Positions 43,662 to 56,877 are shown, counted from the first letter of the stretch. The stretch: 64,000 bases of DNA from Eledone cirrhosa (GCA_964016885.1 OZ024755.1:992001-1056000), one strand, 5' to 3'. Notes: a model not told the origin generated them from the sequence alone. Made by a program: numbers and translations.

Positions 43662-44911
43662 AAAATACAATTTGTTGCTTATACAGGTTTGTGATATACA
43701 TATATATATTATATATATATCACAAACCTGTATAAGCAACAAGTTGTATTTTTCTGTCAAGTTTTGATTCAAAGGTTTAAAACCTGGAGTGGGTGGAGTG
43801 ATATTGACCAATCTGGGGATTCCTGTCTCAGAAAATTCCATAATTTATTGACAGGCAATCAAAAGCGATTAGAATTAATTGATCCATTAATTGTAAAAAA
43901 TAATGTCATTGATTATTAGCTGCTTTCATTGAAAATGTTAACTTGTGGTCTCTGCCCTTAACGTGACATGACAATATAAAACTGAACACAGATGTTCTGG
44001 AAGCTGTGAAGATTATAGAAAGATTTTGAAGATGATGAAGATTTCTCATATTAAAACCAAGAGATTGGTATCTTGAAATATTTAAAGGGACCAGGATATA
44101 AGAGAGGTGAAGACCAAGAGATTGGTATTTGTTGCAGGGGAAATATCTTGAAATATTTAAAGGGTCTATGATGTGATATTAACACAAAGAGATTGAATAT
44201 TTCAAGATTTTCCCCCCAAAATAGCAAAAAATCCAGGACCTGAGAGAGCAGATATCATAAATCTTCACACTGGAACCAATAATATCATTTCTCCAATGCT
44301 GATAAAGATGACAGAGTTGCCAAGCAGAAAGATCTAGATTACAATACACTAGAGAAACTTCAGGAATCCATTAAATGTCATTTAGTAATGAGATTAATGA
44401 CACCGGGGCCAATCACCGGTTCGCTGCATTTCAGAAGGCATGAGTGACAAGGGAGTATGTAACTCAATGCAGAACAAATGTCACCTGGGACACTTTTCTT
44501 GAAAAAAGAACGCATTTGGGGGTTAACAATGTTTACATATTTTGCTGATATATACTGGCAAAAGATCTACTATAATATATACACACACAGGGTGTCCTAA
44601 AAAATGTATACACACTGATTAGAATGCTGTTGAAGTGAGCATACACTACTTTCTATACCTTTCATTTATATATATATTATATATATATATAGTATATATA
44701 GTATATATATAGTATATATATATATATAGTATATATATATATATAGTATATATATATATATATAGTATATAGGATATATATATATAGTATATAGGATATA
44801 TATATATATAGTATATAGGATATATATATATATATAGTATATAGGATATATATATATATAGTATATAGTATATATATATATAGTATATATATATTTTGGG
44901 GGGAAAATATT

Positions 44912-45075
44912 CGTGGACCAGGCGATGCGTTATGTCCTTGAGCAAGACACTTTATTTCACGTTGTTCCTTCTACCTGGAGTTGCGACCGATAGATAGTAT
45001 TAGCAATTGGAAAGACCAACGGAAACATTGTTCCCTCGGTCCGATTTGACGAAAGTCGATCGTTCCTTAAAAAAA
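44912..45075 (+). mobile_element. SINE fragment (same variant as 42287-42503, inverted)
   Basis: Near-identical reverse complement of 42290-42437. Confidence 0.8.
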
Positions 45076-45210
45076 AAAATATAGTATATAGTATATATAT
45101 ATATATAGTATATAGTATATATAAATATATAGGATATATATATAGTATATAGGATATATATATAGTATATAGGATATATATATAGTATATAGTGTGTATA
45201 TATATATATA

Positions 45211-45411
45211 TCTGTTCAAACTGGCCATAACTGGCTGTTCATATTTATGTTAAAGTATTGTTCTCAATATAAATAGCATCAAAATCTCATAGATTCAATA
45301 GTATGTGAGATAATTAAGTGAGAAAGCATTTAAGTGAGAAAGCATTTACCATTAAAATATGATAGTAAAAATAATAATATATAGAGAGTAATGTAAATGC
45401 TAAAGGGTTAA
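45211..45411 (+). mobile_element. Truncated piggyBac-type MITE
   Basis: Homologous to 54778-54950. Ends TAAATGCTAAAGGG-TTAA. Confidence 0.7.
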
Positions 45412-45686
45412 AATATGTTTATTGAATTTGTTGACAATGACATGACTTTTCCAACTAATGAAATAAACAGCAGAGGAGAAATAAAAGGTTTTTAATCATT
45501 GAGACAGTGTGACCTGAAGACGAGATGGGCTCTGTCGGGATTAAATTGGCCAAGAAACAACGTATGGCACTATGACAACCCTTCAACTCCATCAGGAGTT
45601 ACAGGACTATACCAGTGTCGTATGGTACTTGACATCTTACAACTTATTCTTGGAACAAACTACACAACATTATTTATAAGAAATAT

Positions 45687-45875
45687 GGGCGGTGGATTGG
45701 CAGTATCGGTAGAAGGTCGGACGTCATGCTTTTACGCATAGTTACAGCCCTTTCCATTCTGAGTTCAAATGCCGCCGAGGTCAACTTTGCCTTTCATCCT
45801 TACGGGGTCGATAAAATAAAGTACCAGTAATATACTGGATAATTGCTGGCCTTGTGCAAAAAGTAGAAACAATTA
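45687..45875 (+). mobile_element. tRNA-derived SINE, family B
   Basis: A/B-box-like head plus GGTCAACTTTGCCTTTCATCCTTACGGGGTCG core. Confidence 0.85.
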
Positions 45876-46344
45876 TTTATAAGAAATATTCTGCTATTTG
45901 GAGTACCATGTAATTTAAAAGGGTTATAACTCATCTACAATATCAAATACATAATATCAGTCCAGTTTTATTTCTTCTGAGAGTACAGTCAATTTCAGAT
46001 TTAAAAAGAGAAAAAATAGCTGTTTTTTTAAATTTATTTATATACAAAATTATTAATAATTATTAACTCAAACAAAAGACAGAATTAATGAAGTTTGTGA
46101 AAAGATGTATTCTAAATAAAAAACAGAGAACCTCACATTCCACACACAGCTAAATGTTAAAGAGATCTTTAAATGTAACTCATTTATTTTTACACATTCC
46201 AAGAGCAAACAAAAACCTCTTAGATATTAGGTCCCAGAATAAATTTAATTATTAGAGGTTAAGATTGTTTTAGGGAAAGCTAAGCCAAGTTAGAAATACA
46301 AAACAAAAATAACAATTGACACTTTTATCTTATATTTTTATATT

Positions 46345-46505
46345 TTAAGGTGGACCCTCAGCAAGATGGTTGGATAACATCCATGAGCTCGGTTAATCTC
46401 GCATGGGATCCAGCAAGATCAACTGGAGATGGTTGTTTCTGACACGACCCGCTGGAAAGAGTGTTTGAGGATTCTGCCCCCATGACCCTCTCAGGAATAA
46501 ATGGA
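46345..46505 (+). mobile_element. Short LINE 3'-end fragment (second copy at about 62900-63060)
   Basis: Both copies share GCAAGA.GGTTGGATAACATCCA.GAGCT...GACCCTCTCAGGAATA. Confidence 0.6.
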
Positions 46506-47371
46506 CAAAAAAGGGCTTTTTTTTTCAAAAGAAATAATTGTTATTAGTGATGAATGGTGCTCTTCTAGAGAATAACAGGACTGCTTATCATAAACATAAC
46601 TATCAATTTTTTTTTTTTTTTTTTTTTAAAGGTGTACTAACTTTGAAATATAAAATATATAACAAACAAGTAAACTGTTGTTTTTCTTTACTTTACTCTG
46701 GTACTTCCAATTTCCCTTGTACCAGCTTTCCCCAATCTCACATATCTTTACATAAACTATACTGTTTAACTATTACAGACTGTAATGGATAACAAACAAT
46801 TTAAATGTAGCTACCCCTACCACACCATAACATAACATTTATGACCCCTTGTGTCAAGTTTCAAAACCATTATTATTATATTTCGTAAGTAGTAGACTTC
46901 AAAATTATTAAGCCCCACCTGAGGGTTGAATACAACAAAATACTGTAATTAGAGTTTTAACTTGCCTGATTTTCAGCAGAATAAAGACATAAGCAACATT
47001 GCTAAACACAAAGAACAGCTTTAACACATGATAGAAAGAAATCAGCATTGGCAAGCACTATTAACATAGATAGCAACAGCATTACATTCCTTATATTGAC
47101 TGGAATCAACAAAAGCCTTTCAGAAGATATTTTTAATATGCATCTAATTAATTATTTCAAACACAACCAAAAGATTCTACTCTCTACTAAATCATTAATT
47201 AACAAAAACTCAACTACAAAAGTAAAATAAATATAATATCAATAGAACAATCAATACTAAACTATATCTCTACGTATTCTACTTTGAACAAATCATTCTT
47301 TCAATAAGAAAATAACAATTAATACTTTTTACAGGCTCAGAAATCATACTTTCACAGTCATTCCTGGATGA

Positions 47372-48247
47372 TCAAGATTTAGGTTTCAACATTGTTAACA
47401 AAAATTCGTAAGAAGCATTGATAATTCCCCATGACATAAATGACCTTATATAGTTGATATGCATTCCCCGTAACAAGTTAATCCGGGAATTATTACGTTC
47501 GGTAAGCAATATGCAGTAAGCATCGTAAATACTGATAAATTTACCTCCATATTCTGACTGCATGCGTGTTTTGATGGCATTTAATGGAAACAAAACTGTA
47601 CTAATGATGGCACCTAATAAAGCGCCACTTATAAAGTCCTGCCCAACTTCTTGTAGTTTACTTTGTGGTTTCGAAAGGCATTCTTTGATATGGTCTCGCC
47701 CTAAAAAAAAACAAACATTGCTAGGTCCATTTCTCAAAAGAATAGCAGTCAAACCCCGATAATATTCCCTTAGTCCATATGAGCTTGTCATTCGAAATGC
47801 TTCAATGGTATTCTGAAAACGTTTATGATAAGTCTGGTCTTGCATCAGCGTTTGTATTCGTTCAAAAGGTGTTAATATAGCTTCAGTAGTTCCAGCCAGA
47901 AGAGCAGCAGTGCCTTTCTTCACATCTGCTGGCATAAAAGGTTGCTTTAACAGTAGTACATGGTAATTCTGGTAAATTCCAAACATAGCTGCAACAGATG
48001 TTGACTTTTGTAACAAAGGAGGCAGAAGCCCGCGGTATAAGTGGTGTAGACCTTCCTGATAAATTTGTTTATAGGCAGATAAACTACTTATACCATAAAG
48101 TTGTTGTCGAAAAGTCACCTTGTTGATGGGAAATGTGATAGTAATGTTGATAAATGCAGCACCGTAACCACACAAAAATTCTGCATAGCTTTCCCATCCT
48201 GACACAATAATTGGCAACTCAGAATTACTTAAATTTGATGGATCCAT
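47372..48247 (-). CDS. SLC25A51: Mitochondrial carrier, SLC25A51/MCART1-like NAD+ transporter (single coding exon, 291 aa)
   Basis: Three carrier repeats are present (FPINKVTFRQQ, TPFERIQTLMQ, FPLNAIKTRMQ), plus YRGLLPPLLQK, ILLRNGPSN and RSFMSWGIINASYE. The ATG is at 48247. A splice acceptor (TTTCTTGCAG) just upstream at 48278 implies a 5'-UTR intron, so the TTG start at 48283 in the ORF track is intronic. Confidence 0.93.
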   Translation of the reverse strand: MDPSNLSNSELPIIVSGWESYAEFLCGYGAAFINITITFPINKVTFRQQLYGISSLSAYKQIYQEGLHHLYRGLLPPLLQKSTSVAAMFGIYQNYHVLLLKQPFMPADVKKGTAALLAGTTEAILTPFERIQTLMQDQTYHKRFQNTIEAFRMTSSYGLREYYRGLTAILLRNGPSNVCFFLGRDHIKECLSKPQSKLQEVGQDFISGALLGAIISTVLFPLNAIKTRMQSEYGGKFISIYDAYCILLTERNNSRINLLRGMHINYIRSFMSWGIINASYEFLLTMLKPKS

Positions 48248-48883
48248 GATACAGCAGAAAATTGATTCTTCAGTCCTCTGCAAGAAATAAAAAAAGAGAA
48301 CTATTAAAATATCATCATCATCATCATAAATGTTAAACTATTTTTCAACTATACATGAAAATTCTGTATCATCATCATTGCTTTAATGTCTGCTTTCTCT
48401 TCTAATAAGGGTTTGATGGGTCTACATAGACCAAATCAGTACTGAAGCAGGGCTACTGACCTCCCAGAGAGGCAGGAGGTCTGGATCTTACATAAGGTCT
48501 CATGTTCTACCTAGTACACAAGAGAGGTTGTCATGTCTTTGACATAACTGGGGGTTTTCCTAACCCTTTATTTGGTAAGCTTTATTTAGCTGGATGCCCT
48601 TCCTATCAACAATAACTCTATATATGAATTATTTTTTATAATGATGTAATCTTGGTATAAATGCTAATATTACAGAACCATTGATATAAAAATATAGCAT
48701 TGAGAAAGTTCAGAAAATCAGAGAACTTCAAGACAATCTTAAGTGAAGAATATTTGTAGAATACTTCTAATAAGCAGCAAGTTTAACAATGAGATTAGTA
48801 TCAATTATAACTGTAATAACTTCACTAATGGTACATATTGGTATCAACAAAGCAATCTATTTAATCCATTCAATTTAGAATGA

Positions 48884-48885
<2 letters not shown>

Positions 48886-48958
<73 letters not shown>

Positions 48959-48972
48959 GGGGGGGGGGGGGG
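48886..48972. repeat. (GT)n microsatellite plus poly-G
   Basis: Direct inspection. Confidence 0.95.
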
Positions 48973-51617
48973 CTCATATCTTTAAAACCTTTTGATACCA
49001 AAACACCTCAGGTTCTCTGCTATAAAACTGTTTTTAAATGTTTATATTTATCTAAAATCTTTCCATCACAATTTTATATAAGAAATAACCTTTGTTCCGA
49101 ACACCAGCTTAATGAGAAAATCAGTGTGGCTACTTAATCACTCCAAATAATTGATTACTTTTAAATTTATTTAAAATCATAGGCAGTTTCTTACATTGAA
49201 TGAAACTTTCTTGTTAACCCAGCAGATTATGTAAAGTCAATGGTATATCCTTTACAGAGCCCTAGAAACCCGGTTATGTCAATTTAGGTGTGAGATAGAA
49301 TTAAACCCACATCCCAGTTAAATCCCTGCCGCCACCACCACCTAGCCCTTGGGTGACTTTAGCAGAGTCAAATCTGTTACATTCAGCTGAGGTCCCCCAG
49401 TCTGACAGCATCCTTTATTCCCCACCCGCCTATAAGGACGTGGAAAAGGTCATGAGTGCTAAATTTCTTCTTATGACTAACTAAGCCATACGACAAACAG
49501 ATAAAATAATAAAAGAATTACTAAGTTAAGGTTTAATAATATTCAGTAATATTATAATAACTTCTTACTGCTAACTTTAAATAAGATTATATTTCTTATT
49601 TGACATTGAAAAAACATTCAAATACACCTAGATGCACATTTAACATTCAAATACAGCTAGATGCACATTTTTTATTGTTATTTTCAAAGTTTGATGATAT
49701 ATGAGACAGGAATTCAAGGAATGAAATATGAAAACAACAAACAAAAAAAAGCCAAACTCTTTTCTTCTCCAAATGAAATAATCTTTGTTGTGTAACAAAC
49801 AATCTATAATTTCTACATTTCATTCTTTCGTATATTTAGACTCCCCTACGTTGGTTTTTCAGCGAATATTTCAAATGTACTTTAATCAATTTTGATAAAC
49901 AAATTGGTAAAAATGGTCGATTTATAAAATATATTTAGGGGTAACATGATTTATATTCAGTATTTTATGTTTATTAAAATAACCGAATGGATACTTGTCC
50001 ACGGGAATAAATGCATCCCAAATCTTAAAATGCCGAACATTTACACGACATAGTCACATGAGAAACGGAAAATATATTTAGCACATGTGTAGAATTTATG
50101 GAGGAAATCTGAATATTTCCATCTGTTTATAATATTTTGTCTATTCTATGGTATCTTGTTTGGTTAGAAAGAAAAGACAGAAGGAAGAAGTCATAAACAC
50201 GACAAAGTTTTCGTGATTGGAAAGATATTTAAATGTTTGAAGTAATTTGACACCGTCCCTCGTTTAGTCCCAGACTTTCCTTCGTTGAGTAGAATATAAA
50301 CAAGTTTCGATATAGAGGAACGTTAATTTAGATACTATTAATAATGTGCCTTAATTAATATATAGTTTTAATAAATGTTGATACTTTTAACTACTCAAGG
50401 TTAGTAGATTGAACAAAACAAAATATCAAGTGGGAATCTTAACATGCTTGATAGAGTATTTCAGATTTCCAGCGATGTCGGACAACTATTTCATACAAAA
50501 GTACAGATTTGAAAGTCATTGCTAGTTAAATTATATAATTTAATTTCTTTCTTTAAAAGTTTAACCCTTCTCGAGTAAGATAGAGAAAAACGGGGCGTGA
50601 AATGTGTTTCGGAATAAACAAATATTTATCAACAGAAAGAAGGGAAAGACATCGTAATAAACGAGCTTCGGGTAGTTTAAAGAAGAACAAGGGAATGATC
50701 TAATATTAATGTGATGTTATAAAGAGAATTATAAAGAGAAGACATCCCTTTGGTGTTTCTATTTTTTTTTTTTTTTGAGGCAGAATCAAGTAAAGGTCAT
50801 ACGATATTGACTTTAATCACATTTAAACTAGATTCACACTAAAACGAAGGGATTAGAGAATTTAGGTGGAGGAAATTTGCTGAAAGTCTTACTTTATGTT
50901 ATTTTTCCAGTAATAGAAATTTACCTGAGGGATTATCTTTGGTTTAAATTGCATATAATTTCCATTGATGCCCCTCCAGCGCCACTCAGGCCTGCCATTT
51001 TGAGAAGCATTTTCAAGGGAAGTAACTTCACATGGCTTCAATGACTTACCTCTCTTGAATAATTTCTCTCAAATAATTAACCTACCTCGAAGTTACCTGT
51101 AGAAAAGTGGCCAGGCCTGGCCGAATGATTAATAAGTTTGTTTCGCAATTATTAGATTCAGGTTCGATCCCACTGTGTGGCATCTTGAGCAAATATCATT
51201 AACTTCAGCCTTGGGTCGACTTATGCCTTGTGGGTGAAAATGGGTCGATGGAAAGCCTTTCCAACGAAATGTACCTGTAATACAAAGGGTCTGCTATGTC
51301 ACAAACTGGGGTCACACAAAATCTACCTGAAAATTACGTTAAAGGTACACATGTCCGAGGAATGCTCAGTCATTTACATGTTAATTTCACGAACAAGTTT
51401 GGTTGTTCCACAAATTGCAACACTCATAGTCGAAACCTGTTGGGTGGAGGGAGTTCTACCTTCCACCTGTGGAAATTCCAGTTATGTTAAAAATTATTAA
51501 ATAGTTGGAAGTTTACAGAGAACTATGAAATACATAATTTTTTCCAATATATATATATATATCCAACCAACCAATAAACGTAATGAAGGAGTGACCAATC
51601 GTCCTTGTTATCTTATT

Positions 51618-51668
<51 letters not shown>

Positions 51669-52965
51669 AGAGAGAGAGAGAGAGATTAAATGAAACAAAG
51701 TTCTGTTTAAATCATTTATCTGCTGACAATTGTTTCTTCCAAACCGAGGTTTGGAGTCTTCGGAGCAATCATTCAGTGATTTTTAACATACTTGACCTCC
51801 TTTTCAACACAAGAGACATATAGAAACATATGTATATATTGACCCACAGTGGGTTGACATCCATTATAATATATATATAACTATAAAAGGTTTTAGTATA
51901 TACATAACCATAAATAGTATCCTTAATACTATATATATATATATATATGCATTTAATATAGAAAGGCTTCTACAGGAGAAATCATCAGGAAGCAAGGGGT
52001 TCCTGATGATTTCTCCCAAATGAACCAGTTCTAGTCCTGTAGAAGTCATTTCTATATTAAATATTTATACTCTGCTTTGTATTGAGTACCTCATTAACTG
52101 TGGTTACCCCCGATTGAACCCGGGATAAACTTTATATATATATATATATATATTATAAAAGATAAACAGAAATAACAAAGCAAACAACACAGTACAATGA
52201 AGAAATATATTAGTTTTATGCTTGATATAGTAGTAAAAGAGTCTTGGCGTTTTAAACACTAGTTCTTCATGAGAAAATAGAATGAGAAATTAAAGAAGAA
52301 ATAGAAAGATAGTGGCAGGTCGCTGTCTCTTGGAAAACTCTAGAATTTAGCATTGGTATAAGAAGTTTAGTTGGTCATGCTTTGAAAGGCTGTCATGGAA
52401 GGTGTCTGTATTATGCTGATATATAGAGAGAAAACAAATTGAAATGAGATTATCAAATGGAAAAACAGGCTTTTTGCTTCACTTATAGTGCAGTTGCCAT
52501 GATAAGATGCACCCAGTACACCCTGTTTGGAAGGACATGCAACCATAGAAATCATGTCAAAAATTGAATTTATGAGCAAGATATGATTAGGCAACCAATG
52601 CTAGTAAGGATAATGATGATGATGATGATGATCTAGTTAAACGATGATGATGATGATGATGATGATCTAGTTAAACGATGATGATGATGATGATGATCTA
52701 GTAGATTTGTAACTTTGAATAAGAACTGATGTGGAATGTTACCTGGTTTAACACCACCACCACCACCATCACCACTATCACCTGGTCCTTTATGGGTCTG
52801 TAGTGAATTCTGCTGTATTGCGAGCATTCAGGGGGTAACTCCCTCCCTTTGGCCTTCCGACTAGTTTTGGAGGCCTTGGAAAAAATAAAGGATTTTAGGT
52901 GCTGCCCTTCCCTCTGGCTAAACAATGAAAACATCTGGGTTTCATAATTATGTATTCAATTTATA

Positions 52966-53601
52966 TGAGGGTCAGCTGAAAAGTTCACAGGATGACTAAG
53001 AAGGAGTGATGCTAGAGCTGTGAAATCTTGCATTAATTTCAACTCTTATTAATAATTGCATTGTTTCTTTCCAGGGACTATGTTGAAAAACAAATCTCAT
53101 TTGGTCATTCCATGAGAGTATCTTAGTCATATGCTGACTATGAAGGAGTGATGCTAGTGCTGTGAAATCTTGCATGTCATTAATTTCAGGTGAGCCTCAT
53201 ATATATTTTTCACGATCCAATTATGTGAATAATTATTACTGAAGTAATTTTTCTGATATATATTGAATAATGATCAATCAAGTTTTAATTAGATCCAATA
53301 TTTTTAATGTCATCAGCTGTTACTAGTTAAGCCATATTAAACTAACGAGATTCCATTGTTAACAACATGGAATAATTAGAGCTATATGATGGTTGGCTGA
53401 AATGTTCATAGGCTGAAAAGTTCATATGCTGACCAAGATACTCTCATGGCATGACCAAATGAGGTTTATTTTTCAACATAGTCCCTGGAAAGAAACAATA
53501 CAGTTATTAATAAGAAGAGTTGAAAATTAATGCATGCAAGATTTCACAGCCCTAGCATCACTCTTTCAAAGTCAACCTGTAAACTTTTCAGCCTACCCTC
53601 C
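52966..53601. mobile_element. Tc1/mariner-derived non-autonomous element(s) with long inverted arms
   Basis: TA|TGAGGGTCAGCTGAAAAGTT ... AACTTTTCAGCCTACCCTCC|TA. The arms (about 52966-53130 and 53430-53601) are complementary. Confidence 0.75.
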
Positions 53602-53609
53602 TATATATG

Positions 53610-53653
<44 letters not shown>

Positions 53654-54061
53654 CATCTATAGAAGGGTATATATATATATGTATATATATTAATAGGAGG
53701 GTATATATATGTATATATATATATATAGAGATATATAGATATATATAGATAAATATACACGGGTGTGTATGATTGTGTATAGAAGATTATATTAATAAAA
53801 GGAATTCCAACTTTGTCTGATTTACTCGTTTTATTTACAATCCTTTAAAATGTATAATGGTATTAGAATGAAATAGTATGGTAGAATATTAAATGTTAAG
53901 TGTTAATTGAACAAGTACTCTCATGCTTTCGCAATCTTCAGGTTCATATTGTGTGGTGACAGTCAAGTTTGCAATTTTCAACTGAGATATATATATATAT
54001 ATATATATAGTAACAATATAATATAATATAATATAATATATATATATAGTATATATATATC

Positions 54062-54107
<46 letters not shown>

Positions 54108-54640
54108 TATGTAATATATATATATATATCATCATCATCACCGTCATTGTTTAACGTTCATTTTCCATTCTAGCATGGGTTATATATATTTATATATTTC
54201 AGCCTACCCTCATAGCATAATTTATGTAAATATATTCAAATTTAAACAAAAGAATATTTATATAAAGTTGAATTAGGTTAATAAAATTGTAAATTAGGTT
54301 AATAAAATTTATAAATAATTGCCTAATAAACTACTAAAAGTGTGCCAGACACTTTTAGTAGGTAAAATAACCCACAATTATTTATTTCCTAGAAATTTTA
54401 TATTTAAAATAGGTTTTGTTATTTTGTAAAATCATTGGTGCGGGTAATCTGTGGACCAGCTGTGTTACCTTCAACTTACAACAAAATATATTTAGTTTCA
54501 TTAGAGATAGTAATAATAAAAAACTAATTTTCTGCCAGTCACACTGTTTGACTTTTAAAAACGTTGGCAGGTTTTACAAAAACAACATTTTAGGTAAGAA
54601 AAATTTTCATTTTGTTTTGCTCTCTATATATATTGTGAAT

Positions 54641-54975
54641 ATGTGTGGCTTAGTGGGTAGAGGGTTGGATTGAAAATATGAGTTTATGAGTTCAATTCCC
54701 GGACCGGGTGATGTGTTATGTCCTTAACCCTTTAGCATTTAACCCGGCCATATCTGGCCAGAATTCTCTCACCTCTTTCTGTTCAAACTGACCATAACTA
54801 GCTGCTCAAATTGATGTTAAGGTATTGTTCTAAAAATAAATAATATCGAAATCTCATAGATTCGATATAATGTGAGATACTTATGTGATAAAGTGTTTAC
54901 CAGGAAAATATAATAGTAAATATAAAGTAATGTAAATGCTAAAGGGTTAAGCAAGACACTTTATTTCATGTTGCT
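54641..54975 (+). mobile_element. SINE family A head/core interrupted by a MITE
   Basis: TGGCTTAGTGG...GAGTTCAATTCCC...GTCCTTAA[MITE]TTAAGCAAGACACTT. Confidence 0.8.
54728..54946. mobile_element. piggyBac-type MITE with TTAA target-site duplication
   Basis: TTAA-CCCTTTAGCATTTA ... TAAATGCTAAAGGG-TTAA. Confidence 0.88.
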
Positions 54976-55070
54976 GATACTATCTACTGGTATCAGCAGT
55001 TCCACTCGGTAAGAGAAGGATGTCTTGGATCTTGTTGATTTATACATATATGAATGGCTATTTTTACATA

Positions 55071-55219
55071 CAGTATTTCCCAGTGTCGAAGATGCTACTT
55101 TTTTCCTAAAATAAGTCTCAAAAATCTACCATGCATCCTGAAATCCGAAGGTTGTTTATTATTTTTTCAAAGTTTTGGTTGTCAAAATTAGGGTGCGTCT
55201 TCAGCACCGGGAAATACGG
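55071..55219. mobile_element. Tigger/pogo-type MITE
   Basis: TA-CAGTATTTCCCAGTGTCGAAGATGC ... GCGTCTTCAGCACCGGGAAATACGG-TA. Confidence 0.72.
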
Positions 55220-55744
55220 TAATTTTCAAATATTTAATTAGTAATAGCCTTAACCACATAAAACCTCCTCTGTTCCTATCATATAAAACTGTTTATTTTA
55301 AACTTTATATATTCTTCTAAAAATCTTCCATTATAATTTTAATTTTATGTAAGAACTTTTATTAAGTTATATTCCAAATCACCTGAAACCACCCCTGGTT
55401 CTATGATACAAAACTACTTATTTTAAACTGTTTATATTCATCTAAAACCCACAGACAGTGTTTTTCATAGAAATATAGTAACAAAAGCTGACAACGTATT
55501 CTATTTTGCTTTCTCCACAAAATGCGGGTTACTGTAAAATTACTGTCATGTCGACTGAATAGAAATAAACATACACACACGTACACCAGGTTCGACTACA
55601 GAAGAGCCAAACTCCCATTGTCACTGCCTCTCTCACCCTCCCTGGCAGACAGAATAGAGAAGGCTTTTCCCCAGAGGATGGTGAGGGAGATGTGCTGGAA
55701 GAGCCATTCCATCTGGCGAGGCTCACACCTGTGGCTAACCAGCT

Positions 55745-56520
55745 CAGCACCTATGGTGGTGAGTAGGCAGGTGGCCCTAGAGTGAAGGACACCAGAAGTC
55801 TCCACTGCTACAGGTAGCCAGCTGAGCACTATGGTGGTAAGTAGGGAGGTAGCCCTAGGGCCAAGGACACCAGAAGTCTGCACTGCTACAGGTAGCCAGG
55901 TCTGTACCTATGGTGGAAAGTAGGGAGGTAGCCCTAGGGCCAAGGACATCAGAAATCTGCACTGCTACAGGTAGCCAGGTCTGTACCTATGGTGGAAAGT
56001 AGGGAGGTAGCCCTAGGGCCAAGGACATCAGAAATCTGCACTGCTACAGGTAGCCAGGTCTGTACCTATGGTGGAAAGTAGGGAGGTAGCCCTAGGGCCA
56101 AGGACATCAGAAATCTGCACTGCTACAGGTAGCCAGGTCTGTACCTATGGTGGAAAGTAGGGAGGTAGCCCTAGGGCCAAGGACATCAGAAATCTGCACT
56201 GCTACAGGTAGCCAGGTCTGTACCTATGGTGGAAAGTAGGGAGGTAGCCCTAGGGCCAAGGACATCAGAAATCTGCACTGCTACAGGTAGCCAGGTCTGT
56301 ACCTATGGTGGAAAGTAGGGAGGTAGCCCTAGGGCCAAGGACATCAGAAATCTGCACTGCTACAGGTAGCCAGGTCTGTACCTATGGTGGAAAGTAGGGA
56401 GGTAGCCCTAGGGCCAAGGACATCAGAAATCTGCACTGCTACAGGTAGCCAGGTCTGTACCTATGGTGGAAAGTAGGGAGGTAGCCCTAGGGCCAAGGAC
56501 ATCAGAAGTCTCCACTGCTA
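55745..56520. repeat. GC-rich 79-bp minisatellite, about 9-10 copies
   Basis: CTGTACCTAT recurs at 55902, 55981, 56060 and onward with period 79. The central copies appear identical. Confidence 0.95.
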
Positions 56521-56757
56521 GGGGCTCGATTGCAAACCTGTCGGAAATACTTGGAGAGTTTATCTTCTTCCTTTTCCCAACAAAAATATGATAACTTATA
56601 TAAAAATTCCTTTTGATGATGATGTCAGTGATGCCTTTAGCAGAAGTGAAATTTGTTGGCATTCTTTCACACTTATGACGTTTTTATCTAATTCCATTTT
56701 TTGTGTAAAAAATTAATAATGAATTCTTTGAATTTATTTAGAGTCAAAGAGAAGAGA

Positions 56758-56877
56758 ATGACTAAAGAAGCTTATAATACCAACAAAGGAATTGAGACAC
56801 AGAGATCTGAACAAAATATTAACTATTTTGGCAGTAAATGTTGGTCAGTATTTACACAAAAATTTTTCAGCATAAAG
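56758..56877 (+). CDS. SLCO/OATP organic anion transporter, coding exon 1
   Basis: Acceptor TTTAG at 56741 and ATG at 56758. Encodes MTKEAY...KFFSIK. Donor AAG|GTATGT is phase 0 and joins the next exon in frame. Confidence 0.7.

Noticed and set aside
43760-44570. Purine-rich stretch that looks like decayed coding sequence
   Set aside because: It has no sustained ORF or recognisable motif. It may be an old transposon remnant but cannot be assigned.
55745-56520. 79-bp repeat as coding sequence or CRISPR
   Set aside because: The unit length is not a multiple of 3, the units are identical, and there are no spacers.
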